A DNA stretch of 64,000 bases, taken from positions 20,935 to 84,934 of the forward strand of contig DASTUF010000068.1 in assembly GCA_035759745.1 (NCBI GenBank), read 5' to 3'. Shown piece by piece: positions 9,964-21,933 of the stretch (position 1 is its first letter; each line of letters opens with the position of its first letter). Made by a program: the position numbers and the translations under genes. Under the pieces are notes generated by a model. The model had not been told where the DNA came from. It saw nothing but the letters and a program-made list of their open reading frames with translations, and ran no database searches. Source of the stretch: Gemmatimonadales bacterium (GTDB lineage: Bacteria; Gemmatimonadota; Gemmatimonadetes; Gemmatimonadales; GWC2-71-9).

Positions 9964-9990
9964 AACCACAGAGCCACAGAGATCACAGAG
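9964..9990. repeat. Left arm of the inverted repeat flanking the GxxExxY gene: three CACAGAG units (aaCCACAGAGCCACAGAGATCACAGAG)
   Basis: Read directly. 9964-9981 (aaccacagagccacagag) matches the reverse complement of 10391-10408 at 17 of 18 positions. The gene's stop codon (9983-9985) lies inside this arm. Confidence 0.8.
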
Positions 9991-10411
9991 GCAAAGCGCT
10001 TCGATCATACCCGTTAATCACCCGCTTCAGGCCACCCACCAGCACTGGAACGTTGAAATTGAGGATGAGGCCTACCCGAAGGTTCGCCACCCGAAGATAG
10101 GTGAGAACCTGGGCGAGATGAACACGCTCAAGTCTTTCTACCGCTTTGACTTCAACCAACACGCGGTTATCCACTACCAGGTCGGCACGGAAGCCACAAC
10201 CGACTGGCAAGCCGCGATAGTTGAGCGGCATCGCGACTTGGCGCTGCACCGTGCGGTGACGAAGCTCGAGCTCGATCGCCAAACACCTCTCGTAAATAGA
10301 CTCGAGCAGTCCCGGTCCCAACTCACGATGCACCCGAATCGCCGCGCCGATGATGCACTCGGTCAGCCTCTTCTCGTGAGCCTCCGTGCGCTCTGTGTCT
10401 CTGTGGTTCAT
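9983..10411 (-). CDS. GxxExxY protein (PD-(D/E)XK nuclease-like small protein family)
   Basis: 142 aa. ...IIGAAIRVHRELGPGLLESIYERCLAIEL...GFRADLVVDNRVLVEVKAV...QVLTYLR...GLILNF contains the G-x-x-E-x-x-Y signature (GLLESIY) and a D...E-x-K core (DLVV...VEVK). GC content is visibly lower than in the flanks. Confidence 0.8.
   Translation of the reverse strand: MNHRDTERTEAHEKRLTECIIGAAIRVHRELGPGLLESIYERCLAIELELRHRTVQRQVAMPLNYRGLPVGCGFRADLVVDNRVLVEVKAVERLERVHLAQVLTYLRVANLRVGLILNFNVPVLVGGLKRVINGYDRSALPL
10391..10408. repeat. Right arm of the inverted repeat flanking the GxxExxY gene (ctctgtgtctctgtggtt)
   Basis: Its reverse complement aaccacagagacacagag pairs with 9964-9981. It lies inside the first codons of the gene, encoding the N-terminal NHRDTERTE. 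Confidence 0.8.
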
Positions 10412-10474
10412 GTAACCAAACTACGAAGCACAACGAGCCAGCCAGGTATCGCCCGAGCGCGGTGGGGGGTGAGG

Positions 10475-11974
10475 TTATGCGGAGTAGGTGCCCCACGCGG
10501 TGCGGAAAGTGTCGCTGATCTCGCCCACGGTGGCGCGGGCCCGGACGGCGTCCAGGATCAGCGGCATGAGCGCAGCTTCGCCCGCTGCCGCCTCGCCCAG
10601 CGCCGAGAGCGCGGACTGCACCGCCCGGTCGTTGCGACTCGCGCGCGCCTGTGCCAGCCGCTCCCGCTGCCGCTGCTCCAGCGCCGAGTAGTCGGGCATC
10701 GGCATGATCGGCGGCGGCGCCTCGTCAGTGAACTTGTTGACGCCCACCACCACCTGCTCGCCCGACTCCAGCGCCTGCTGCTGCCGCCAGGCACTGTCGG
10801 CGATCGCCTCCTGGAAGAAGCCTCGCTCGACCGCCGCCGCCGACCCGCCCAGCGCGTCGACCTGCTCCACCAGTTCCCGCGCCTCGGCCTCGAGCCGGTC
10901 GGTGAGCGATTCCACATAGAAGCTCCCGGCGAGCGGATCGACCGCGTCGGCCATCCCGCTCTCGTACGCGAGGACCTGCTGGGTGCGCAGCGCGAGTATC
11001 GCACTCTCGCTCGACGGCAACGCCAAAGCTTCGTCGTAGCCGTTGGTATGAAGTGACTGGGTGCCACCCAGCACCGCCGCCAGCGCCTGCACCGTCACCC
11101 GCACCACGTTGTTGAGCGGCTGCCGGGCCTGCAGCGTCACGCCGCCGGTCTGGGTGTGGAACCGCAGCCGGCAGGCGTTGTCGTCGGCGCCATGCCGCTC
11201 GCGCAGCAACCGGGCCCAGAGCCGCCTTGCCGCGCGGAACTTGGCCACTTCCTCGAAGAGGTTGTTGTGGCTGGCGAAGAAGAATGACAACCTCGGCCCC
11301 AGCAGGTTGACCGGCACCCCGGCTGTCTCCGCAAGGCGCACATACTCGAGCCCGTTGGACAGGGTGAAGCCGATCTCCTGCGCGGCGGTCGCGCCGGCTT
11401 CCCGCATGTGATAGCCGCTGATGGAGATCGGATTGAAGTTCATCCCCTCGTCCGCGACATACCGGAACACCTCTGCCACCAGCCGCAATGACGGCCGCGC
11501 CGGGTAGATGTACGTGCCGCGGGCGATGAACTCCTTGAGCACATCGTTCTGCACCGTGCCGGTGAGCGCCGTGTGCGCAACTCCCTGCTCTTCACCTGCC
11601 ACGACGTACATTGCCAGCAGCACCGCGGCCGTGGCGTTGATGGTCATCGAGGTGCTGACCTGGTCGAGCGGGATGTCGCGAAAGAGGAGCTTGAGGTCGT
11701 CCACCGTGTCGATCGCCACGCCCACGCGGCCAACTTCTCCACGGGCCATGGCGTGGTCCGAGTCGTATCCCATCTGGGTGGGAAGGTCGAATGCGGTGGA
11801 GAGCCCGGTCTGCCCTCGGGCCAGCAGCTGGCGGAACCGGGTGTTGGTTTCCTCAGCGGTGCCGAAGCCGGCGTACTGGCGCATGGTCCAGAGCCGGCTG
11901 GTGTACATCGACGGGTGGATACCGCGGGTGAAGGGCCACGCCCCCGGCTCACCGAGGTCTTGCGGGCCGCTCAC
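10475..11974 (-). CDS. Methylmalonyl-CoA mutase family protein, catalytic (N-terminal TIM-barrel) subunit only
   Basis: 499 aa. Motifs [45 protein letters not shown] and [12 protein letters not shown]. There is no C-terminal B12-binding domain in this ORF. Confidence 0.9.
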   Translation of the reverse strand: MSGPQDLGEPGAWPFTRGIHPSMYTSRLWTMRQYAGFGTAEETNTRFRQLLARGQTGLSTAFDLPTQMGYDSDHAMARGEVGRVGVAIDTVDDLKLLFRDIPLDQVSTSMTINATAAVLLAMYVVAGEEQGVAHTALTGTVQNDVLKEFIARGTYIYPARPSLRLVAEVFRYVADEGMNFNPISISGYHMREAGATAAQEIGFTLSNGLEYVRLAETAGVPVNLLGPRLSFFFASHNNLFEEVAKFRAARRLWARLLRERHGADDNACRLRFHTQTGGVTLQARQPLNNVVRVTVQALAAVLGGTQSLHTNGYDEALALPSSESAILALRTQQVLAYESGMADAVDPLAGSFYVESLTDRLEAEARELVEQVDALGGSAAAVERGFFQEAIADSAWRQQQALESGEQVVVGVNKFTDEAPPPIMPMPDYSALEQRQRERLAQARASRNDRAVQSALSALGEAAAGEAALMPLILDAVRARATVGEISDTFRTAWGTYSA

Positions 11975-13017
11975 AGCACCGGGGCCTTCAGCGGCTCGGC
12001 CGGGCGGGCCGGCACCATCTGGCGCCGAAGTGTATCGGCCACGTAGCCCACATCGTTGCGCGAGCCGATCACCAATGGGGTGCGCTGGTGCAGCCCGGTC
12101 GGCTCGATGTCGAGAATACGATTGACGCCATCCGTGGCGGAGCCCTCCGCCTGTTCGGCAATGAACGCCATCGGCGCTGCCTCGTACAGCAGCCGCAGCT
12201 TGCCCCGGGGATTCTTGGTGTCCGCCGGGTAGAGGAACACACCACCCGCGATCAGGTTGCGGTGGAAATCGGCCACCAGCGACCCGATGTAGCGCGAGTT
12301 CTTGCCGGTGATGTCGTCCGGCCGGTCACCGTGCAGCCCCCGCACCACGTGCTGCATCGGGCGGTCCCAGCGGGCGAAGTTGCTCTCGTTGACGCTGTAG
12401 TACTTGCCCACCCGGGGCGTGATGATCCGCGGATGGCTGAGCAGGAATTCTCCGATGGTCGGGTCGAGCGTGAACCCATGTACGCCCTGGCCGGTGGTGT
12501 ACACCATCATCGTGCTGGAGCCGTACATCACGTAGCCGGCCGCGACCTGCTTGCAGCCGGGCTGCAGGATGTCGGCCATGGTGCCGCGGCCCTCGAGCGA
12601 GACCCGGCGGTAGATGCTGAAGATGGTGCCAACGGCGCTGTTGACATCGATGTTGGACGAGCCGTCCAGCGGGTCGAACAGCACCGCGTACTTGCCGGCC
12701 TCGTACTGCTCCGGCACCGGGATGATCTCGTTCTCCTCCTCGGAGCAGAGCACGCAGACCCGTCCGGTGTGGCTGAGCGAGTTCTTGATGATGTCGTTGG
12801 CGAGGACGTCGAGCTTCTGCTGCTCCTCGCCCTGGACATTGTCGGTGCCGTTGCTGCCCAGCACATCCACCAGCCCGGCGCGGCGGATGGCGGCGGCGAT
12901 CATCTTGGTGCCCAGGGCCAGGTCGTACAGCAGGTTGGACAGCTCGCCCGTGGCCTCGGGATAGCGGTCCTCCTGGTCCATGATGAACCGCTCGATGGTG
13001 GTGACCGATGTATTCAC
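11971..13017 (-). CDS. fbp: Fructose-1,6-bisphosphatase class 1
   Basis: 348 aa. Motifs [24 protein letters not shown], and [15 protein letters not shown] near the C-terminus. Confidence 0.95.
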   Translation of the reverse strand: MNTSVTTIERFIMDQEDRYPEATGELSNLLYDLALGTKMIAAAIRRAGLVDVLGSNGTDNVQGEEQQKLDVLANDIIKNSLSHTGRVCVLCSEEENEIIPVPEQYEAGKYAVLFDPLDGSSNIDVNSAVGTIFSIYRRVSLEGRGTMADILQPGCKQVAAGYVMYGSSTMMVYTTGQGVHGFTLDPTIGEFLLSHPRIITPRVGKYYSVNESNFARWDRPMQHVVRGLHGDRPDDITGKNSRYIGSLVADFHRNLIAGGVFLYPADTKNPRGKLRLLYEAAPMAFIAEQAEGSATDGVNRILDIEPTGLHQRTPLVIGSRNDVGYVADTLRRQMVPARPAEPLKAPVL

Positions 13018-15323
13018 GGCGTGCTCTCCTCGAGGTCAACCCGCAGGATCCGGTCGCGGTCTCGGCCGCGCAGATGCATCGTGCTGCCGTCCGTCGTCAC
13101 GGTGATGGTGCCGTCATGGTCCGTGCGCCAGACATCGCTGCCGGCTTCCGCCAGCCGCTCCAGCGCCTCGCGCGAGGGATGGCCGTACCGGTTACGGCCC
13201 ACGCTGATCACCGCAACCGTCGGCTCCAGCTCCGCCAGCCACGACGTGCCGCTCGCGGTGGCGCTCCCATGGTGGCCGACCTTCAGCAGGTCCACCCGGC
13301 CCACCGAGCCCAGCATCCGGCGCTCGGCGTCCCAGCCGGCATCGCCGGGGAAGAGCGCGCGAAACTCGCGGTACTCCACCAGCAGCACCGCGGAGTCCTC
13401 GTTGAGATCGAGCCCCCACTCGGCCCAGGCCGTGTCCGGGTGAATCACCCGAAACGACACGCTATCCACGGCAAATGCTGCACCCGCGCGAATCGGCACC
13501 CACCGCGCGCCGCTGGCCGCCACGGCTCCCAGGAACCCGTCGTACGACGGCTCCGCCACCGCGTCGCCCGGTTCGAGCACGGCATCCACCGGAAACCGCT
13601 GGAGGACGGCATCGACACCGCCCAGGTGATCGAGGTGCGCGTGCGACACCACCACCGCGTCGAGCCGGCGCGCACCGGCGCGCGCCAGGAACGGAGCCAC
13701 CACCCGACGGCCTGCGTCGAACCGTTCGTCCCTCGGGCCGGCATCAATCAGGACCCAGTGCCCACCCGGGGTGCGAATCGCGGCGGCATCGCCCTGCCCT
13801 ACATCGAGAAAATGTAACGTGAGCAGGCTTTCATCGCGGCTTCGCACCGGCAACGCCTGCCCCAGCGTGAGGCAGCTGGCGATCAGCGTTGCGACTGCCA
13901 GGCGCCGCGCGGCGGCAATGCGGGTGTTGCGGGGACCGATGGCCCAGAGCCCCACGGCCAGCAGCACCAGCCACGGAACGGCCGACCGCAGTTCGGCCGG
14001 CACCTCACCGTGTCCCAGCGGGAGCGCTGCTCCCCAGCGGGCGCACCACTCCAGCCCATGAAGCGCCAGCCCGGAACCCGCGGCCAGCGCCGAGGCCAGA
14101 AATGGAACCAGTGACGCCAGGACCAGACTGGCCGCTACACCGGGCACCGCCACTGCGGCGAGCGGGATCGCCGCGATGTTCATGAGAACACCGGCCAGGG
14201 CCACGGTGCCGATACCGGCTGCGGTGATCGGTGCGGTGGCCAGCGTGGCGCCAATGGACGAACCCAGTGTGCGCGGCAGAAAACCCGGCCCGAACGCGCG
14301 GTCGGTCCAGCGCGTGGCGGTGGTGGCGCCCCACAGCGCCGAGACCGAGAGCCACCCGCCCAGATCTACCACCGCCCACGGATCGACCAGCATCACCGCC
14401 AGCGCCGTTGCGGCCAGCAGCGATCCGCTGTCGGTATGCCGCTGCCGCTTGAGGCACAGCGCCAGCACGCAGCAGAGCGCCGCGGCACGGCCGGCCGGGG
14501 CCGGCCAGCCCAGGAAGACGACGTAAGCGGCACCGGCCAACGCGCCGATACCCATGGCACGCTGGCGCGGGAACCCCATCGCGGCCACCGCGAGCACAAC
14601 CCACGCGGAAAGCAGGCCAACGTGAAACCCGCTGATCGAGAGCAGGTGCACCAGGCCCGACCGGGCGAAGTCATCCTTCAGCTCGCGATCCATCCCGCCA
14701 CGCGTACCCAGCACCAACGCATCGACCAGCGGCGATCGCTCGCCATAGAGCTTCAGGCTGGCCGACACGGTGGCATTGCGGAGCCGTTCCGCCGAACCTG
14801 GCGCGACGCCAGTGAGCTCGACGCGGGTGATCAGCAGAGTGCCCCCGCGCCGCCCGAACGCACGCGTCCGGGGCAGCCATCGGCCTTCCACCCGGGCCTC
14901 GGTTCCCGCGCGCACTGGCAGGACGCGCTCAGGCCAGCGCACGTCGATGGTTCCGCGACAGGCTACGTCCGGCAGCGCTGCCCGGGCCGCCGCCGGAAAG
15001 CGCACCGGATCCACCGCGTGCACCGCGAGCTCGAGCTTCCCCGGCGGAAGGCGCGCGGCGCAGCGGCGGCTCTCGCCGGCTTCGGCGAGCCACCCGTGTG
15101 CCAGTGCCGCCACCAGTACGAGAACTCGCACCCGCTGGCGACCCGACACGAGCAGTGTGGCGAGGACCGCGGCGACGAGTGCCGGAGCCCGAAAATGCGA
15201 AAGGCCGGTCGCGAGACCGGCCCCGAACAGCACTGCCACCTGCACCCCGAAACGCGGGGCTCGCACCCTACCCCCTGAACGGCCCGGACGATGGCTTGCG
15301 GCCGCAGCGCGGCGCGAGGTCAA
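13014..15323 (-). CDS. comEC: DNA internalization-related competence protein ComEC/Rec2 (polytopic membrane domain plus C-terminal metallo-beta-lactamase domain)
   Basis: 769 aa. Many TM segments, then [13 protein letters not shown]...[12 protein letters not shown]...KVGHHGS, the MBL-fold motifs. The start is uncertain: a GTG at 15264-15266 would remove the 56-nt overlap with comFB. Confidence 0.85.
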   Translation of the reverse strand: MTSRRAAAASHRPGRSGGRVRAPRFGVQVAVLFGAGLATGLSHFRAPALVAAVLATLLVSGRQRVRVLVLVAALAHGWLAEAGESRRCAARLPPGKLELAVHAVDPVRFPAAARAALPDVACRGTIDVRWPERVLPVRAGTEARVEGRWLPRTRAFGRRGGTLLITRVELTGVAPGSAERLRNATVSASLKLYGERSPLVDALVLGTRGGMDRELKDDFARSGLVHLLSISGFHVGLLSAWVVLAVAAMGFPRQRAMGIGALAGAAYVVFLGWPAPAGRAAALCCVLALCLKRQRHTDSGSLLAATALAVMLVDPWAVVDLGGWLSVSALWGATTATRWTDRAFGPGFLPRTLGSSIGATLATAPITAAGIGTVALAGVLMNIAAIPLAAVAVPGVAASLVLASLVPFLASALAAGSGLALHGLEWCARWGAALPLGHGEVPAELRSAVPWLVLLAVGLWAIGPRNTRIAAARRLAVATLIASCLTLGQALPVRSRDESLLTLHFLDVGQGDAAAIRTPGGHWVLIDAGPRDERFDAGRRVVAPFLARAGARRLDAVVVSHAHLDHLGGVDAVLQRFPVDAVLEPGDAVAEPSYDGFLGAVAASGARWVPIRAGAAFAVDSVSFRVIHPDTAWAEWGLDLNEDSAVLLVEYREFRALFPGDAGWDAERRMLGSVGRVDLLKVGHHGSATASGTSWLAELEPTVAVISVGRNRYGHPSREALERLAEAGSDVWRTDHDGTITVTTDGSTMHLRGRDRDRILRVDLEESTP

Positions 15324-15557
15324 CCTTCCTGAGCCCTTCCATGACCAGCACCTCGATCTGGGCGCGGCTCTGGTCCTTCTCCAGGTTGAGTTCGGTCATC
15401 ACGCTTCCGGCCAGGGTGTTGACGTATCGCGCCTGCACCCGGTTGAGGGCGTAGATCAGCACATCACCCCGGCACATGTCGCAGCCACAGAACTGCGGAA
15501 ACGAGGGACGCAGCCGGTCGTACGCGGCAAACACGTGCTCCTCGGAAAGATTCTTGA

Positions 15558-15561
<4 letters not shown>
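15268..15561 (-). CDS. ComFB-family (late competence development protein ComFB-like) small protein
   Basis: 97 aa. NLSEEHVFAAYDRL....FCGCDMCRGDVLIYALNRV.ARY fits the ComFB Cys-cluster pattern as I remember it. Immediately upstream of comEC. Confidence 0.7.
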
Positions 15562-16874
<1,313 letters not shown>

Positions 16875-16905
16875 GCCGGAAGATGCCTTGGTGGGCGATT
16901 GCCTG

Positions 16906-18066
16906 TCAGGGGCGAACACTGAATCCTACACCTATGAGCCACGCGCCCTCGCGGTACCCACCGGCGGCGGAGCGCCAGACGCGCGACAGCGAGAGGTCCA
17001 CCTGCGCCCGAGCCATCCCGCTCTGCGGATCGCGGGCGAAGCCCATCGCCGATCCAAGGCTCAGCCCGAACTCCTTCGGCTGGGCCCCTGATTCGACGGG
17101 AAACGGCAGCGTGCGGTAGTGGGCGCCGACCCGCAGGGGTCGGCTCGCCGGCCGCCGGGGATCGCTGAGCCACTCCGCACCGCCACTCCATTCGAAGGTA
17201 TTGCGCGACCCGGTGCCACCCAGCGCCCGCAGGTCGTCATCCGCGCCCGACCAGCTGCGTCGCGTCACCGACGTGGCCAGGTCCAGGCGAGGCGAAGCGC
17301 GCCAGCGGAGCGCACCACCGAACGTGATCGGCAAGTCCACTGTCCCCACTTCGGTGCTGTCGCGATCGATACGGGCGCTGCCATCGAGCCGGATCATGGC
17401 GCTCGCGGCGAGGCCGCCGCCAAGCGAGCGCGCCGCGCCCACGGAGAAGCCGACCCCGCTGTAGGAAATCTCGGCCCGCTGGCTCACCGGGTTGTAAAGC
17501 GAGTCGTCGAACACTCGCTTGAGCGAGACCCGGGTGCCGCCGGTGATCACATGCATGCCGGCACCCAGCGACCACCCCGGCGGCCGGTAGCCCACCGTGA
17601 GCCGCAGGTCGCTCAATCCACCCAGCGAGGCAAGCGTATCCGTGACCCCCACCGGCGAGCCGTTCAGCTGGATGGTGTCGGACGACGCGAGCAGGAAGTC
17701 ACGGTCGGAGTAATTCGAAAAGTAGGCGCCGAGCGCGAGGCGGCTGCGCGGCACCGCGCCGCCCGCCATGAACTGGGGGAACCGGGTATCGCGGCCCGAC
17801 GCCTCGGCGGAAGGATTGCTGGAGTTGCGGTAGCTGCCAACCATGGCAAACCCGGCGGTCAGCTGCGTCAGCTCATTCACCGATGCAGGATTGAGGCTCG
17901 ACAGCGGATCGAAAAACCCGAACGCGCCGCCGGCACCTGCCGCGCGGATCGAGAGCCCCCGCCCGGGAATGCCCAGTCCGTTGATGCCGAACTGGGATGA
18001 CTGCCCCCATGCCGGGACAGCAGCCAGCACGCCCAGCGCGGCCAGGACGATCAGGGAACGGCGCAC
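16906..18066 (-). CDS. Putative outer-membrane beta-barrel protein (unknown family; FadL/porin-like pattern)
   Basis: 386 aa. Signal peptide MRRSLIVLAALGVLAAVPAWGQ, then alternating hydrophobic/Gly-rich strands throughout. Family not recognised with certainty. Confidence 0.55.
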   Translation of the reverse strand: MRRSLIVLAALGVLAAVPAWGQSSQFGINGLGIPGRGLSIRAAGAGGAFGFFDPLSSLNPASVNELTQLTAGFAMVGSYRNSSNPSAEASGRDTRFPQFMAGGAVPRSRLALGAYFSNYSDRDFLLASSDTIQLNGSPVGVTDTLASLGGLSDLRLTVGYRPPGWSLGAGMHVITGGTRVSLKRVFDDSLYNPVSQRAEISYSGVGFSVGAARSLGGGLAASAMIRLDGSARIDRDSTEVGTVDLPITFGGALRWRASPRLDLATSVTRRSWSGADDDLRALGGTGSRNTFEWSGGAEWLSDPRRPASRPLRVGAHYRTLPFPVESGAQPKEFGLSLGSAMGFARDPQSGMARAQVDLSLSRVWRSAAGGYREGAWLIGVGFSVRP

Positions 18067-18067
18067 G

Positions 18068-19273
18068 TTACTGGACCTCGAACGGATAGGGCATGGCGTA
18101 GGTCAGCCGGAGTCGGGGCTCGAGACCCGGCATCCGGCTCGAGCCGAAGCGGGCAGTCCCGAACGTCGCGGCCTCGGGTGCAATGGTCACCATCAGCACC
18201 GGTGGCACGCCCGAGTTACCGTTCCAGAGCGTGGCAATTCGGGACACTTCAATCGGCACGGGCGCTGTCGACCCGTTGGTGAGGATCCTGGTGTGAATCA
18301 GCGCGCCACCGTTGCCCGAGATCCGGGGCGACTTGGGCCCCAGGTCCGAGAACACCCCACGCACGTCAAGGCGAACGGTATCGCCCGGAAGTGCGGCGAT
18401 CGGCTCGGTCGGGGTGAGCTCGAGCGTTGCGCGAATGATCCGGGCCGTGTCCCGCAGCATGGGCGAGAGTTCGAACCGAAGGATGGCCCGGCGCGACGGC
18501 CATCCACCCAGCGGCAATTCGTCAGGCGACGGAGCGTCCGCCGGCGCGCTGCTGACGAAACTGCCGTACTGTATGGTTCGCGGAATGGTCCGCGAGATGG
18601 TCGTGTCCGGCAGTACCACTCGCATGTACGACACGAAGCCGGGCGCCGTGGCTCCTCCCGCTTGCGAGGCGATGCCGATACCGGTGGGAGTCGGCCCCTG
18701 CAGTCGATACGCCAGCCGCAGCACCTTGTCGTCCTCGGGGGCGAACGCCAGCCGCTCGAGATCGGCTCCAGCCAGGACCACGCCGACTTCGCCGTTGGTG
18801 AGCGTGTCCGGCAGCGGCACCGAGGCGACCAGGCGTTCCGGCACCAGGGCGGCGGCGACTTCGGCATGGGTGGTGCCGGAGTCCGTGGTGACCGCCGGGG
18901 GGAGCTTGTAGAAGTCGAGCGCCAGTCCGGTGGCGGCGGGATCCCTCAGCGTCACCGTCACGAAGAGCAGGACCGAATCGACGATGGCGGGCCGCAGGGT
19001 GTCTTCGATGGTGATTGAATCGACAGCCCGCGCAAACCGGATGATCGGAATCAGGTCGAGACCCGCGTGGCCATTGGCCGCCAGCAGCCTGGAGCCACCG
19101 CCAGCCGGTACGAAGCCGACGTAACCGCTGTCCCGGGTGGCGGTGATCACGGTGTCGCGCACTTCGAGATTGTCGGAGGGGCAGAGGCCGGGACATTCCC
19201 CCGGCGCGGTGAGTTTCTCGGTGCAGGCGCCCAGCAGCAGTGTCGCTGCGAGCAGGCAGAGCACGCGCGTCAT
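18068..19273 (-). CDS. Putative lipoprotein, unknown function
   Basis: Internal ATG at 19271-19273 overlaps the cdd stop and gives [17 protein letters not shown]..., a lipobox (LLGAC). 401 aa. The upstream 89-aa extension in track ORF 18068..19540 is Arg/Gly-rich noise. Confidence 0.6.
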   Translation of the reverse strand: MTRVLCLLAATLLLGACTEKLTAPGECPGLCPSDNLEVRDTVITATRDSGYVGFVPAGGGSRLLAANGHAGLDLIPIIRFARAVDSITIEDTLRPAIVDSVLLFVTVTLRDPAATGLALDFYKLPPAVTTDSGTTHAEVAAALVPERLVASVPLPDTLTNGEVGVVLAGADLERLAFAPEDDKVLRLAYRLQGPTPTGIGIASQAGGATAPGFVSYMRVVLPDTTISRTIPRTIQYGSFVSSAPADAPSPDELPLGGWPSRRAILRFELSPMLRDTARIIRATLELTPTEPIAALPGDTVRLDVRGVFSDLGPKSPRISGNGGALIHTRILTNGSTAPVPIEVSRIATLWNGNSGVPPVLMVTIAPEAATFGTARFGSSRMPGLEPRLRLTYAMPYPFEVQ

Positions 19274-19668
19274 GCCAGCGACCCCGGGCCGAACGCGTCC
19301 GGCAGCAGCTGGCCCAGCCGCCACGACCGACGGCCGCTCTTGCCCACCGACTCCACCTGGAGATCGGTGCCGAATTCGGCCAGTACCTGGCGGCACGCGC
19401 CGCACGGCGCCGCCGGTGGCTCGCTGTCGGTCACCACAACCACGCGCCGAAACCGGCGGGCGCCCGCGGTCACCGCGGACGCCAGCGCGGCCCGCTCGGC
19501 GCAGATCGTAAGTCCGTATGAGGCATTCTCCACGTTGCACCCCGTGAACACCGTGCCATCCTCGGCCTCGAGTGCCGCGCCTACCCGGAAATGCGAGTAG
19601 GGGGCCCAGGCCTGCTGCTGCGCTGTCCGCGCCGCCGCTTCGAGGGAATCAGTCAATCCACACCTCAC
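19270..19668 (-). CDS. cdd: Cytidine deaminase
   Basis: 132 aa. Motifs [18 protein letters not shown] and PCGACRQVL (zinc ligands). Confidence 0.9.
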   Translation of the reverse strand: MRCGLTDSLEAAARTAQQQAWAPYSHFRVGAALEAEDGTVFTGCNVENASYGLTICAERAALASAVTAGARRFRRVVVVTDSEPPAAPCGACRQVLAEFGTDLQVESVGKSGRRSWRLGQLLPDAFGPGSLA

Positions 19669-20821
19669 GCAGAAACGAAATTCCGCTCGCCAACGGCTCC
19701 ACCCCCAGGAACTCCGCGATCGTCTGGCCCACGTCGGCGAATGTCTGTCGCTGGCCCAGGGCCGCAGGGCGCACCCGGGGACCGGTTACCAGCACCGGCA
19801 CCTGCTCACGGGAATGATCGGTGGAGGGTGTGGTCGGATCGTTGCCGTGGTCCGCGGTAAAGATAACGAGGTCCTCTGGGCGGAGCCCGGCGAGCATCCG
19901 GGGCATCGCCGCGTCGAGTTCGCGCAGGCCCCGGACGAAGCCGGCAACGTCGTTGCGGTGGCCCCAGGACTGGTCGAACTCGATCACATTGGCAAAGAGC
20001 AGCCCCCGCTGCATCGCGCCGAGCGCGGTGCCGATCATGCCGTACGCGATGGCATTGGTGGCGGTGTGCTCCGCCGAGAGATTTCGGCCGGCGAAGAGAT
20101 CGTCCACCTTGCCGACGCCCACCCGCGGTATGTGATGGGCTGCCAGCCGGTCGATGAGCGTGTCACCCGGCGGAGCCAGGCTGAAGTCCTTGCGCCGAGG
20201 GGTCCGCGTCCAGTTGCCGGGCTTCCCGGTGAACGGCCGGGCGATCACCCGCGACACTCCATGCTCGCCGGTGAGCAGCTCACGGGCGACGGTGCATGCC
20301 CGATACAGTTCACCCAGCGGCACCACGTCCTCGTGCGCCGCCACCTGGAAGACGCTGTCGGCCGAGGTGTACACGATCCACGCGCCGCTTGCCATATGCT
20401 CGGCGCCGAGCCGGTCCAGGATGGCTGTGCCGGAGGAGGCGACGTTTCCGATCACCTCCCGACCGGTGCGGCGCGCGAACTCGGTGACGAGTTCGTCCGG
20501 AAAGCCACCGGGGTAGGTAGGAAACGCCTGGGCCAGCCTCAGTCCGCACAACTCCCAGTGGCCGGTGGTGCTGTCCTTGCCGGGGCTCGCCGGAATGGCG
20601 ACGCCATACGCCGCCTCGGGCGCGTCCACCCGCTGAATGCCCGCGAGATCCGCGCAGCAGCCCAGGCCCAGCCGCTCGAGATTCGGGAGCGCCACCCCAC
20701 CCACCGCGCGGGTGACATTGCCCAGCGTGTCGCTGCCGGCATCGCCCCAGTCGGCGGCGTCGGGCGCGGCCCCGATGCCGAGGCCATCGAGTACGATGAG
20801 CGCGGCACGGCGCCGATTCAT
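19649..20821 (-). CDS. deoB: Phosphopentomutase
   Basis: 390 aa. Motifs [34 protein letters not shown]. Confidence 0.95.
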   Translation of the reverse strand: MNRRRAALIVLDGLGIGAAPDAADWGDAGSDTLGNVTRAVGGVALPNLERLGLGCCADLAGIQRVDAPEAAYGVAIPASPGKDSTTGHWELCGLRLAQAFPTYPGGFPDELVTEFARRTGREVIGNVASSGTAILDRLGAEHMASGAWIVYTSADSVFQVAAHEDVVPLGELYRACTVARELLTGEHGVSRVIARPFTGKPGNWTRTPRRKDFSLAPPGDTLIDRLAAHHIPRVGVGKVDDLFAGRNLSAEHTATNAIAYGMIGTALGAMQRGLLFANVIEFDQSWGHRNDVAGFVRGLRELDAAMPRMLAGLRPEDLVIFTADHGNDPTTPSTDHSREQVPVLVTGPRVRPAALGQRQTFADVGQTIAEFLGVEPLASGISFLREVWID

Positions 20822-21933
20822 GCCGTTCCCTGGTAACGGCGCTCCACCCGGCGGCCGATACTGGTCAGCAGCTGATAGGAGATAGTCCTGCCGCGTTCGG
20901 CCTGCGCATCCAGCGCGAGCGGCCCACCGAAGATCGTCGCGACATCGCCCGGCATCACGTCGTCGGGCACCTCGATCATGGTCATGTCCATGGTGACCCT
21001 CCCCCGTACCGGGACTGCATGGCCGCGGACTGCCATCTGTCCGGCAGTCGCAAACGCGAGCGGCACGCCATCAGCGTAACCGGCCGCGACGGTGGCGATC
21101 CTCGTGGTGCTGTTCGCGCGCCAGGTGGCGGCGTAACTCACCGAATCACCGGCCGGAATCGTCCTGACGCTCACCACGGCCGCCTGAACGTGTGCGACTG
21201 GCGCAGGATCGGCGCCGCCGCTCCCCGCCTGCCCGCCGTACAGGTAGATGCCTGGCCGCACCAGGTCGGCGCCATACCGGGGCCCCAGCAGCGCGGCGGC
21301 GCTATTGGCCGCGTGCACCAGCGGCGGCCGCGGCCCCAGGGCATCTACCGCCTGCTGGAAGGCCCACCACTGCTGGTCCACCGAGCTCGCATCGGCGTCG
21401 GCCGAGTGGAAATGGGTGCAGACGCCCTCGTAGCCCTTCGCAGCACTGAGCCGTTCCCGCAGCGCCAGCAGCAGCTCCGGGTCGGTCACTGATGCCCCGG
21501 CCCGATTCATCCCGGTGTCGAGCCCGATGTGAAATCGCAGGTCGCGGCCCAACGAGATCCATGCGTCCAACGACTCGACCGCCCCGATGACCGGGGTCAG
21601 CTGTGCTGCAGCCATGACCGGCGCCCACGCCGGCAGGAACGGGGTGAACACCACGATCGGCAACGTGATCCCCGCATCGCGCAGCTCGCGCCCTTCGGCG
21701 AGGGTGGCGACGCCGAAGCCCCATGGGTCGGCGGCGGCGAGCGCGCGCGCTACGGGAATGGCGCCGAGGCCGTAGGCGTTAGCTTTGACCATCGGCAGCA
21801 GCCGGCTCACGGAGACCTGCGCCACACGTCGCGCATTGGCGACTATGGCGTCGAGATCCACATCGACCCAGGCGTGCGAGGCGGCGGCAGTATCAGTCAC
21901 GGCGGCGCGAATGATAGGGGTTCCGAAAGTCAT
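20818..21933 (-). CDS. alr: Alanine racemase
   Basis: 371 aa. PLP-lysine motif MVKANAYGLG and a C-terminal beta domain. An alternative GTG start lies at 21898-21900. Confidence 0.9.
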   Translation of the reverse strand: MTFGTPIIRAAVTDTAAASHAWVDVDLDAIVANARRVAQVSVSRLLPMVKANAYGLGAIPVARALAAADPWGFGVATLAEGRELRDAGITLPIVVFTPFLPAWAPVMAAAQLTPVIGAVESLDAWISLGRDLRFHIGLDTGMNRAGASVTDPELLLALRERLSAAKGYEGVCTHFHSADADASSVDQQWWAFQQAVDALGPRPPLVHAANSAAALLGPRYGADLVRPGIYLYGGQAGSGGADPAPVAHVQAAVVSVRTIPAGDSVSYAATWRANSTTRIATVAAGYADGVPLAFATAGQMAVRGHAVPVRGRVTMDMTMIEVPDDVMPGDVATIFGGPLALDAQAERGRTISYQLLTSIGRRVERRYQGTA

